64,000 bases of DNA from Polyangiaceae bacterium (GTDB lineage Bacteria; Myxococcota_A; Polyangia; Polyangiales; Polyangiaceae): positions 12,977 through 76,976 of the forward strand of contig JAXLYN010000037.1 in NCBI GenBank assembly GCA_046351435.1. Reading direction: 5' to 3'. The position numbers and the translations under genes were made by a program. Of this stretch, positions 1-8,107 are shown piece by piece. Positions within the stretch are counted from its first letter, which is position 1, and each line of letters starts with the position of its first letter. The notes beneath the pieces were generated by a model. It ran no database searches. It was not told the DNA's origin and saw only the letters and a program-made list of their open reading frames with translations.

Positions 1-662
1 TCGTAGGTGAACGTGCTCTCCATCACGCCCGGTCCACCCACGCGGGTGGGCCAGTCGACGCCCACGGCGTAGCCCGAGGTCTTGTCGTAGCGGATGAAGA
101 AGAAGTCCAACCGGATGTTGACCTTGCGATCGGCGACGCCGCCGCCGCCGGCGACGACCAGCGACTCGACCTGCCCCGGGTAGAGTGCGGCGATCTTCTC
201 CAGTCGCTTGACGTCCCCCTCGTTGGCGACGCCGCCCTCGATGAAGAAGCGTGAGCCCACGCGCCGCACGCGAACGCCGGGCATCTCGCCGAGCAACTGC
301 GACAGCTCGCGACGCACCGCTTCGGGCGAGCGCGAGAACACGTTGATGACCCAGGTGACCTGAGAGTCGTCCTTGTTGATCAAGAGCAACGTCGTCGTCC
401 CGGGTCGTTTGCCCGCGATGACGAACTTGCTGTTGTCGGTGGTCAGCTTGACGTCGACGATGCCTTTGACGCCTTCGGAGTAGTTCTTCACGCCGGCAGC
501 GTTGAGGGTCTTGTTTTCGCCCACCACGATGTTGAGCTCGTTTTGGCCCTCGGCGTCGGGAGAAGCACTGGCTGGCTCACCACCTTCGCCCTGCTGCGCC
601 AGCGCCGGGAACGAGAGCAGCGCGCCGGCTGCCGCCAAGAGAACGACGACTTTCTTCAACAT
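1..662 (-). CDS. cpaC: Flp/Tad pilus secretin CpaC/RcpA, N-terminal part (gene runs off window start)
   Basis: Own reverse translation from ATG at 662 gives MLKKVVVLLAAAGALLSFPALAQ (signal peptide), then NELNIVVGENKTLNAAGVKNYSEGVKGIVDVKLTTDNSKFVIAGKRPGTTTLLLINKD. This is the pilus-formation N-terminal module of CpaC/RcpA secretins. ATGA start/stop overlap with cpaB. Absent from the ORF track because no stop lies in the window. Confidence 0.7.
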   Translation of the reverse strand, partial: MLKKVVVLLAAAGALLSFPALAQQGEGGEPASASPDAEGQNELNIVVGENKTLNAAGVKNYSEGVKGIVDVKLTTDNSKFVIAGKRPGTTTLLLINKDDSQVTWVINVFSRSPEAVRRELSQLLGEMPGVRVRRVGSRFFIEGGVANEGDVKRLEKIAALYPGQVESLVVAGGGGVADRKVNIRLDFFFIRYDKTSGYAVGVDWPTRVGGPGVMESTFTY

Positions 663-1444
663 CACTTCTCTCCACCCTTCAGCTCGACAGGGCCGGTCTT
701 GCGCGCGCCTTGGATCGTCTTGCGGATGACTTTGTCTTCGAGGGCGGACGACGGCATGTCGGGAATGCCCTCCAACATGGTTTGGTCGTCCGGGTTCCGG
801 AGCGCGACCAGCAGCTTGCCGCGTTCCTGTGCCAGTGACATGAGCTGAGCCTCCTGCAAGCTCACGCTCAGCGTCAGCACCATCTCGCGGCGCTCGTCCT
901 TGGAATCCGTGATCTTCTCGGGCGCCGTCTCGAGGCCCACCGCGAGGGCCAGGACCTTCTGCAACAGCACGACAGCGTTCCGTTTCTCGGCGTCGCTGCC
1001 GGGCATGCTCGCGATGACGTCGACGTAGTCGCCGGGCTGGATCAACGAGAAGCTCTTGTCACCGCTCTCCGCGCGGATGGAGACCGCGCGCGCTCCCGGC
1101 TGGACCAACGAAGACAGATCCCGGCGTTCGTCGGCCGCGATGGCGAGGTCCGTCCACATCAGTGTCTGGTTGGCCTCCACCTTCGTCCCGAGCCTGAGGC
1201 CCACCACCTTGGCTTTCTCGACGGCCTTCACGGCACGGTCTTCCACGTAAGCCAAGGGAACCTCGCGCACGGCCAGGGCGTCCTCCTGGATCGCGCCGCC
1301 GGGCTCCATGGCTTTGACTGCCATGAGCAAGCGGACACGCTCACCGCCGGAGGCCTCCTGCTCGAAGCGCGACAGGTAGATCAGCAGCAGCAGGACCCCA
1401 ACCACCCCCACGACGAGGGAGATGAGTAACGCTCTCTTGTTCAT
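662..1444 (-). CDS. cpaB: Flp pilus assembly protein CpaB/RcpC
   Basis: ORF track, 260 aa. N-terminal membrane anchor (LLISLVVGVVGVLLLLIYL) followed by a SAF/RcpC-like region (VREVPLAYVEDRAV, IQPGDYVDVIASMP). Lies immediately upstream of the secretin gene. Confidence 0.85.
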   Translation of the reverse strand: MNKRALLISLVVGVVGVLLLLIYLSRFEQEASGGERVRLLMAVKAMEPGGAIQEDALAVREVPLAYVEDRAVKAVEKAKVVGLRLGTKVEANQTLMWTDLAIAADERRDLSSLVQPGARAVSIRAESGDKSFSLIQPGDYVDVIASMPGSDAEKRNAVVLLQKVLALAVGLETAPEKITDSKDERREMVLTLSVSLQEAQLMSLAQERGKLLVALRNPDDQTMLEGIPDMPSSALEDKVIRKTIQGARKTGPVELKGGEK

Positions 1445-1643
1445 GCGGGGGGCCTCAGTATCGCCCTCTTCTGCCGGAGATGGAATGCTCCAGCAATCCT
1501 TCAGCCGACAGGTCTACCACGCCGAGCGCCGGGAAATCAGCGGCTTTGCCCGCGCGGTACCAACGGCGCGCTACGGGGTCGGCAGGTCGGACTCATCCGC
1601 CTGTCGAGTCGGCCCACTGGACGCCTTGCCAGGCCAGGCGTGG

Positions 1644-2612
1644 TCAGAACCCGCGGGTTTCGAGCGTGGAGACGATGGCGCGATCCCCGCTCTGCTCGGC
1701 CATCACCACGACGTCGAGGCCGCCCTTGCTGAAGTAGCGAGCCTGCGGAGCGTCCTCGCCGATGTACACGCGCTCCCAGCCCGATGCCGTGAGCTGCGTC
1801 TCGTAGCCGCTCAGGACGTCCTTCGCGGTCGCAGTCGACTCGTAGACCCGGATGCTGTGGGGGCGCCCATCCGCGGCCGCCGACAGGTAGCGCACGGAGC
1901 TCGGCGGGCGGGGCACGTTGGGCGAGTCCGCACCGGGAGCATCCACGCCGTCGGTCGGAGGGAACATCGCATTGAGCTTGAACGAGCCGTCGGTCCAAGC
2001 GGTGAGCACGTGGGTCCGGCCGCTCTCCAGGCGGCGCGCATACGCGTAACGGAGATGGCCGATCTCGGACAGGTCCCAGCTGTCGGCGAACGCCGACATG
2101 CCTTCCCAGAAACGTCGCTTGTTGCTGGCGTCTTTCACGGTACACGCCACCACGCCGTCACCGGCCGAGGTTTGGCGCAAGATGCCGTAGTTCAGGCGCT
2201 CGGCCTGCTTGGCGAGGGCCGGGTCGTCGAGCAGCGTCTTCACCTCGCGCATGTCGCGCGGGATGGCGCCCTCTTCTTTGCAGATCGCTTCGAAGCGGTC
2301 GAGCACCTGCGCTACCGACAGGTCGGTGGTGGCCGAAGCCATGTTGAGCGCTTGCCCATTCAACATCAGGCGTTCCGAGTCCTTGGTGAACTCGCCGAGC
2401 TTGACGAGCTGCCGCCCGGTCACGAGCGCCTGCTCCGACGCACTGCCCCACGCCGAGCGTGCAGCGAGGCCGGCTCCCACCAGCGAGATGACGAAGAGGT
2501 ATGCACCGACGCGGAGCACGCCGCGGACGCGCTGGTTGAAAGCAGCAGCGAAGAGGCGACGGGGGAAATCCCACCAGGACCGCCCAACTCTTCTTTCTTG
2601 GTACGACGCCAT
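1644..2612 (-). CDS. Hypothetical membrane-anchored protein inside the tad operon
   Basis: ORF track 1644..2978. I place the start at ATG 2612 (MASYQERRVGRSWWDF). One TM helix (VGAYLFVISLVGAGLAA) followed by a soluble domain of about 270 aa. No family recognised. Confidence 0.6.
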   Translation of the reverse strand: MASYQERRVGRSWWDFPRRLFAAAFNQRVRGVLRVGAYLFVISLVGAGLAARSAWGSASEQALVTGRQLVKLGEFTKDSERLMLNGQALNMASATTDLSVAQVLDRFEAICKEEGAIPRDMREVKTLLDDPALAKQAERLNYGILRQTSAGDGVVACTVKDASNKRRFWEGMSAFADSWDLSEIGHLRYAYARRLESGRTHVLTAWTDGSFKLNAMFPPTDGVDAPGADSPNVPRPPSSVRYLSAAADGRPHSIRVYESTATAKDVLSGYETQLTASGWERVYIGEDAPQARYFSKGGLDVVVMAEQSGDRAIVSTLETRGF

Positions 2613-2626
2613 CTCAGTCCCTCTCG

Positions 2627-3094
2627 TCAGAGCAGACTCAGAAGAAGTGCTCCGATGGCCCCCGCGCCGAGGGCAATCAAGAAGTACTTCTTCCCGTCGT
2701 CGTTCTTCTTCGGCTCGTTGCACCGCATGTGCATCTTGCCGTACATCGTGTAGGTCGATCCGCCGATCAGGTTCGGGAACTTCGCCTGACGCTGCTTGGT
2801 CGTCGTGTGATAGCCGGAGTCGTTGAACGCCCCGTTCCCGGTGCCGAACTGCGAGCCTGCCTGGTTCTGTGCTTCCGAGATGTCCGGTACGCCACCGGCC
2901 CCGGAGTCGCCGACCTGCTGACCGATGTCGGTGGCCATGCTGCCACCGCCGTCGCAGGCATTGAGCGCGGCGGCCCACGCCGCCACGCGGGCGTCATCCA
3001 TCACGCCGATCTTCGCCTTCTGATAGGTCACGGCGGCCCAGATGCAGGCGAATTGGATCACCATGAACGCGGCGATGATGGCCGACTCGGTCAT
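2627..3094 (-). CDS. Hypothetical small membrane protein (pseudopilin-like position, function unknown)
   Basis: ORF track 2627..3862. Start placed at ATG 3094 (MTESAIIAAFMVIQFACIWAAV), giving 155 aa. N-terminal hydrophobic helix and C-terminal TM (YFLIALGAGAIGALLLSLL). GC3-rich codons. Confidence 0.5.
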   Translation of the reverse strand: MTESAIIAAFMVIQFACIWAAVTYQKAKIGVMDDARVAAWAAALNACDGGGSMATDIGQQVGDSGAGGVPDISEAQNQAGSQFGTGNGAFNDSGYHTTTKQRQAKFPNLIGGSTYTMYGKMHMRCNEPKKNDDGKKYFLIALGAGAIGALLLSLL

Positions 3095-3150
3095 GGCGGC
3101 GCCGCGCCGGCGGCGGCGCGCCCGGACCCGCTGAAGCAGCGCTCGAGAGT

Positions 3151-4800
3151 TCAATGGATGACCTCCCAGGATGGCATGACCCAACTGTCGATGGCGGAGT
3201 CGACACCTTTGCCGAGCGCACCCGTGACCGCGTCTTTCAGCTCGTCGGACAGCTTGTCGTAGAGGCCCTTGCCCAGACCACCGAGGATGATGCTGGTGCC
3301 GCCGTTCACGGCGCCATCGAGCCACTTGTCTCCGGTGTACTTCTTGATCACGTCGAAGAGCTTGCCGAGACCCAGCTGACCGATGTTGATGCCGGTGACC
3401 GCGAAGCGCCGTAGGCGCGCGCGCCAGTACATCTTCCACATGCAGTCTTCTTTGAGGTCCTTCCACTTCCCCTTGTCGTCGAAGTAGAATTCGGCTTGGC
3501 CGAAGCGCCAGTTGCCCCAGCTGGCGTTGACCTTGGGCATCTGACCGGTCTTGGTGGCGATGGCCAGGCCCTTGTCGAGCTTGCGCGGCCACTTCTCGTC
3601 GCCGCCCGTGAAGCCGAAGACCTGGAACCAGATCGACCCGTGCTCGGCGCCCGACCAGATCTCCTTGGGCGTCTTGTTCTTGGTGTTGGAGATGCCGCCG
3701 CCCTTCGGGTCGAAGCCCGTCTGGTCCATCTTGTCCTTGGCGGCCTGGTTTCCGTCCTTCTTGCAGTTCGCGGTGTTGAACTCGGCGAGCCCGCCGCCCA
3801 AGTCCGTGCAGTACTTGGACATGCAGTTGCTGTTCTTGTCCTGCTCGACGTTGCCGGTGCACGTCGGGTAGCTGTTACCGCTCTTCACCTTGTCGGCGCA
3901 GTCGTCCTTCTGCTTCTTGCAGCCGTCGGTCACCTGCTCCTTGATCTTGTTGTCCATCACTTCTTGGATGTTGCTGGCCCCGCTGCCGCCGCAGAAGTAG
4001 CCGCTGAACGTGCCGGCGATGGCGCCAGCCGCCCACTTCAACACCTGCGTGACCGGACCCAGGTTGATCCAAGACAGCCCATTTTCCACGGCGAGCTCGG
4101 CGCTCTTCTTGCAGAACTTGTCCCACTCCATTTCTTCGACGGGCAGACCCTGCTTCTTCCCGTCGGGAACCAGCGGCACCATCGACGGGCTGATGGCCAT
4201 GCCGGTGGTGATCAGCGGCTTGTATTGACCCGAAACCTTGTTGCCTTTGTATGCACCCACGTACGGAGTGGTCCACGCCACGACCTTCTCGAAGATGCTG
4301 AGCGCCGGCAGGAGCTTGTCGAGGATCTTCTCGTACTTGTCCGCACCCTTGATCAGGCCCTGTTCCATCTTCACCAGCGTGGGCATGGCCGACGCGCAGA
4401 TGGGGGAGAGCGGGCAGAAGATGGTGGCTGCCATGCAGATGCCGCAGGCCACGATGGTGATACCGAGCATCAGGATCAACATGCGCATCATGATCAGGAC
4501 CGCGAGCAGCGCAGCCATGATCAGATTGATGAGCACGATGATGTTCATGCCGCGCGCGTGCACGCCGGCCGAGGTGTAAGCGACGGCGTCGGCGGCATCC
4601 TGCAAGCGCTCGCGGTAGACGATGGCGTTACCCATGCCGATCAAATAGAAAACGCCGGCGGAGAGGAGCGCGGCCATGAACACGCCGGCGATCATGATGG
4701 CGCCGCTCTGATCGCTCCGAAGGTCGCCCGTGTCTTCGCCGCATCGCACCTTGGCGCGAGGGCCGGCAGCCCACGTGAGGAAGCGGTCAAGGATATTCAT
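3151..4800 (-). CDS. TadG-like Flp pilus-associated protein, 549 aa
   Basis: ORF track. The N-terminus SDQSGAIMIAGVFMAALLSAGVFYLIGMG resembles the TadE/TadG-like N-terminal helix. It is followed by a Met/Ile-rich hydrophobic block and a Cys/Lys-rich domain. 14-nt overlap with the upstream tadE-like gene. Confidence 0.6.
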   Translation of the reverse strand: MNILDRFLTWAAGPRAKVRCGEDTGDLRSDQSGAIMIAGVFMAALLSAGVFYLIGMGNAIVYRERLQDAADAVAYTSAGVHARGMNIIVLINLIMAALLAVLIMMRMLILMLGITIVACGICMAATIFCPLSPICASAMPTLVKMEQGLIKGADKYEKILDKLLPALSIFEKVVAWTTPYVGAYKGNKVSGQYKPLITTGMAISPSMVPLVPDGKKQGLPVEEMEWDKFCKKSAELAVENGLSWINLGPVTQVLKWAAGAIAGTFSGYFCGGSGASNIQEVMDNKIKEQVTDGCKKQKDDCADKVKSGNSYPTCTGNVEQDKNSNCMSKYCTDLGGGLAEFNTANCKKDGNQAAKDKMDQTGFDPKGGGISNTKNKTPKEIWSGAEHGSIWFQVFGFTGGDEKWPRKLDKGLAIATKTGQMPKVNASWGNWRFGQAEFYFDDKGKWKDLKEDCMWKMYWRARLRRFAVTGINIGQLGLGKLFDVIKKYTGDKWLDGAVNGGTSIILGGLGKGLYDKLSDELKDAVTGALGKGVDSAIDSWVMPSWEVIH

Positions 4801-5305
4801 ATTCCGCTCCGTGGACGATCATGCGCGCCTCCGCGTTGATCGTGGTGAGACCTGCGAAACCGCAAATCACCTTGTCTGCCACTGGCAAGCGGCAGCGGTA
4901 GGGAACTTGAACGCGCACGATGACGACCTCGTCGCGACTGAAGTTCGTCTTCTCTTTGCCATCCCCGCCACGGATGGTCACCTGGGCGAGCGGCCACCAC
5001 AGGCTGCGATTGCCGCCGAGACCCATCTGCACCGCGCGCACGATGGCGTCCTTGCGCTTGCCGGTCACGATGCCGGGTTTGCTGTCGTAGTTCTTGGGGT
5101 CGTCCGGGATGACGACCGCCGCCGCGCGCGCACCGAGATACGCCGCGTTCATGGTGACGAGCTTGCCGGAATAAACGCCCACCGACTGCATCAGGCACCA
5201 GAAGCCGAAGAAGATCGGGAAGAACGCGCCCAAGAACTCGACGTAGACGGCGCCCCGCTTGTCTTTCCTGAGGCCGCTTCGATCTCGAGGGTTGGGACGG
5301 CTCAC
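4787..5305 (-). CDS. TadE-like pseudopilin
   Basis: ORF track, 172 aa. KRGAVYVEFLGAFFPIFFGFWCL matches the TadE-family N-terminal motif. Lies in the tad locus. Confidence 0.7.
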   Translation of the reverse strand: MSRPNPRDRSGLRKDKRGAVYVEFLGAFFPIFFGFWCLMQSVGVYSGKLVTMNAAYLGARAAAVVIPDDPKNYDSKPGIVTGKRKDAIVRAVQMGLGGNRSLWWPLAQVTIRGGDGKEKTNFSRDEVVIVRVQVPYRCRLPVADKVICGFAGLTTINAEARMIVHGAEYEYP

Positions 5306-5347
5306 GTCTGTTCTCCTTGGTCTTCCGGGATTGGGGGTCGGGTGATG

Positions 5348-5890
5348 TCAACCTCGCCAGTGAAGGAGCAGCGCGATCAACGTAGCGACGAAAATCGAGG
5401 GCCCGAATCGGAGCTCCGACATCATCTCCGTCGTGAGCTCCTTGCGCTTGTCCTTCGGAACGAACACGTTGCGCACGAGAAGCAGGCTATTGCCGAGGGT
5501 TCGGAGCAGCTTGCCTTCGTATGCCAACCGCACCGGGGCGTAGAGAGCGGCAACGATGAAGGAGTACATCTCCGTCTCGATGCCGGTCATCGGTCGGAGC
5601 AGCGCTCCGACGGCCCCGAGTAGCTTGACGTCACCTCCTCCAATCGCTCCAGCTCGATACAAAAAGATGGGTATCAATCCGCAGGTGATGATCCCGAGGA
5701 TCGAAAATGCGAACCCTTGCCCCGCTTCGCCCCAGCCTGCCTTCAGGCTGAACCCCGCGTGTGCGAGGGGGGCGATGGCCAGCGGTCCCAGGGTCAACCA
5801 GTTGGGGATTTCGCCAGTCCGCCAATCGAACCAGGCCGCCAATCCGGTCACGAGAATCGCGGCAAGAAGGAAATATTGCTCGCCGAACAT
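5348..5890 (-). CDS. cpaA: Prepilin peptidase, A24 family (CpaA/TadV)
   Basis: ORF track, 180 aa, polytopic. Contains the two aspartate contexts FDWRTGEIPN and GGGDVKLL typical of A24 peptidases. Confidence 0.85.
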   Translation of the reverse strand: MFGEQYFLLAAILVTGLAAWFDWRTGEIPNWLTLGPLAIAPLAHAGFSLKAGWGEAGQGFAFSILGIITCGLIPIFLYRAGAIGGGDVKLLGAVGALLRPMTGIETEMYSFIVAALYAPVRLAYEGKLLRTLGNSLLLVRNVFVPKDKRKELTTEMMSELRFGPSIFVATLIALLLHWRG

Positions 5891-5948
5891 TCCCGAGGTC
5901 CAGACCGGCGCGCCGAGCCGAGTGACCCGGCGCGCCTGCGGCGACCCG

Positions 5949-6117
5949 ATCAGAGCCCGTTGATCTCGGCAGCCTTCTGGTTGGTCTTGTTGTTGAGGTT
6001 CTGACCGAAGGTCCGGAACGCTGCGATGGCGATGAGGGCGATGACGGCGACGACGATGATGTACTCGACCATGTTGGCGCCGCGCTTGTCTTGAATGAGT
6101 GCCCGAATCTTTTCCAT
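5949..6117 (-). pseudogene. flp: Second Flp-family pilin gene with an apparent +1 frameshift
   Basis: ATG at 6117 preceded by GAGGA. Reads MEKIRALIQDKRGANMVEY (Flp G/XXXXEY motif). The hydrophobic continuation IIVVAVIALIAIAAFRTFGQNLNNKTNQKAAEINGL, ending at the stop at 5949, is one nucleotide out of frame (TAC-C-ATC near 6060). Span is 169 nt, not a multiple of 3. Confidence 0.65.
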
Positions 6118-6172
6118 TGTCGTGTGTCCTCGTTTTGGGGTCTCAGGTCGCCGAGTCTGGCTTCGTTATCGT

Positions 6173-6409
6173 TCAGGGGAAGGGGGAGAGGATGATCGCT
6201 TGCGAGCGTTCGTAGTTGGCCACGAGGCTCGGACCGAGCCCCAGGATGGCCGCCGCGAACCCGATGCACACCGTCCCGAGGAGCACGACGTACTCCGTCA
6301 TGATGGCTCCCCTGCGGTCCCGCCCGAAGGCTCGGGAGGTGCGCCGGGGGGTCGGGGAGGTGGGGTTCATCGGGTGCCCGCCGAGTGCCGTCTTTGTTTC
6401 GCCCGACAC
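6173..6409 (-). CDS. flp: Flp-family type IVb pilin
   Basis: ORF track, 78 aa. RRGAIMTEYVVLLGTVCIGFAAAILGLG contains the Flp processing motif G/XXXXEY plus a hydrophobic helix. The start is uncertain: GTG 6409 or ATG 6370. Confidence 0.75.
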   Translation of the reverse strand: MSGETKTALGGHPMNPTSPTPRRTSRAFGRDRRGAIMTEYVVLLGTVCIGFAAAILGLGPSLVANYERSQAIILSPFP

Positions 6410-6572
6410 TCTTGCTTTCTCTTACGGAAGGTAGCAGGAGGGCTTCCCGAGCGGCAACAAGAAATCGACCGGAAGCATGCGATTTTTTTGAACTTTTTGC
6501 CGCCCAGCCCGAAAAATTCCAGCCGGCTTGCGGGGTCGTCCGACGGCTTCGAAAAGTTCCGTCGGGGCCACC

Positions 6573-7238
6573 TCAGAGCGGCGTGGGGCCCGAGGGCTTC
6601 GTGCGCCCGCCGCTCCGCACGACCTTCTTCTCGAGCTTGAACTTCTGATCGAACACGAAGACGTCGTCGTGCTGCTTCACCTCGAACGTCGCCGCAGGAT
6701 TTTGCGGTCGGAGGTTCTTGTTGGCGTCGCCATCAGTGGACAGCGAGAGCTGGAACATCTGGTTCGGAGGCAGCTCGAGGAACACGTGGGCGGCGCCGGA
6801 GACATCCGTGCGAGCGACTTCTTTTCCGAGATACATCACTGGCAAGTTGGGGCCGGAATCCGCTCGTACTGCAACGACGACCGAGCGCGCCGACTTCGGG
6901 CAATCGACTTGGTATTCCGGGCGCTGGTTGGGATCGGCGGACTTGCGCAGCGTGACCGCCACGGGCTTCGCCGGACTCTGATAGCCCGTCGGACACTTGA
7001 GCGTGAGATCGTAGACCTCACCCTCGGCGCCCTTCAGTCGGAAGTTCACCACGCCGGCGTCGTCGGTGACGCCAATCTTCTTCTGCTTGTACCAAACCTC
7101 GGCGCCCTTCAGCGGTTGACTGGGATCGCCGAAAACCTTGATGCGCGCTTCGAACGGCTTGGGCGGCGGCGGCTTCAAGATGTCGCAGCCGAAGAGCGCG
7201 AGCGCAGCGAGGGCAGAGACGGACAGGCGCGCGAGCAT
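6573..7238 (-). CDS. Hypothetical lipoprotein
   Basis: ORF track, 221 aa. Signal peptide with lipobox LALFGC. Strong GC3 bias. Confidence 0.7.
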   Translation of the reverse strand: MLARLSVSALAALALFGCDILKPPPPKPFEARIKVFGDPSQPLKGAEVWYKQKKIGVTDDAGVVNFRLKGAEGEVYDLTLKCPTGYQSPAKPVAVTLRKSADPNQRPEYQVDCPKSARSVVVAVRADSGPNLPVMYLGKEVARTDVSGAAHVFLELPPNQMFQLSLSTDGDANKNLRPQNPAATFEVKQHDDVFVFDQKFKLEKKVVRSGGRTKPSGPTPL

Positions 7239-7288
7239 CCCGCCATTCTACCACCGGAGAGCTCGGAATCCACCTCGCCCAGGAGCAC

Positions 7289-8107
7289 TCACGGCGCGTA
7301 GCGAGGATCGTCGGCCACGAGCCATGCAAACTCCGGCGCGATCGCGCGCTCCACGGCCTCGTCGAAGACGACGCCGCGTTCACCCACGTCCACCATCTTC
7401 GTTCCGAGACCGGCGCCGCGGGCGAATACCAGATAGGCGTCGCTGGCTCGCCGGCTCGCGGCCTCGGAGACCGCGAACACGACCTTCTGCCCACCCGACT
7501 TGGCGTAGGCGCCTGCGCGTCCCGCCGACCAGCTCTCGGACTCCGGCGACACCAGCACGAGTCGCTGAAAGAAGGTCGCCTCTTGGCGCGCGATCTCCAG
7601 CGCGGGGCGCACGCCGGCCGAGAACGCAGCCAGGACGACCGAGCCCGGCGAGACGTGGGCACCGTAGCGTTGTTTCAACGCGCGCAGCGCTGCGCGGAGC
7701 TCGCGTTCGACGGCAGCCGGGGAGCTCCATCCGTAGCGACCACTCGCGCTCGGCTCGCCGCGCGGACACAAGATGAAGGGGCGCGGGCCCGCGATCCGGC
7801 CCCACGTCTTGCAGGTGGGCTCGGGGTGATCCTCCGCGCCGTGGAGCGCGATGACGAGCGGGCGCGGCTCGGTGGCACCGAGCGGCAATCTCACGAACGC
7901 GCGCCCCGCGCCGGGCACATCGAGTTCGACGAGCTCGCGTTCGGCGGCGAGCGGCCCGAGGCGGATCGATGGAGCCGCCGCGCCCGGCCTGACGCCGACC
8001 TTGGGTCGCGGCCCATGACTCAAGCGTTCGAGACCGAGGAACCCGAGCGCAAGGGCCACGAGAGCTGCTCCCACGACCGTGCGCTGTCGTGCCGTGACGT
8101 CGTTCAA
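7289..8107 (-). CDS. Putative alpha/beta-hydrolase (esterase-like), signal-anchored
   Basis: ORF track 7289..8494. Start placed at TTG 8107 (LNDVTARQRTVVGAALVALALGF), overlapping the upstream stop as TTGA. LPLGATEPRPLVIALHGAEDHPEPTCKTW...FILCPRG is shared with the paralog at 36012..36893. The start codon choice is tentative. Confidence 0.55.
   Translation of the reverse strand: MNDVTARQRTVVGAALVALALGFLGLERLSHGPRPKVGVRPGAAAPSIRLGPLAAERELVELDVPGAGRAFVRLPLGATEPRPLVIALHGAEDHPEPTCKTWGRIAGPRPFILCPRGEPSASGRYGWSSPAAVERELRAALRALKQRYGAHVSPGSVVLAAFSAGVRPALEIARQEATFFQRLVLVSPESESWSAGRAGAYAKSGGQKVVFAVSEAASRRASDAYLVFARGAGLGTKMVDVGERGVVFDEAVERAIAPEFAWLVADDPRYAP

Noticed and set aside
6410-6572. Sigma-54 (TGGCAC-N5-TTGC) promoter upstream of flp
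   Set aside because: Only loose partial matches (TGGAAT..., TGGGCG...) were present, and none had the correct GG/GC spacing.
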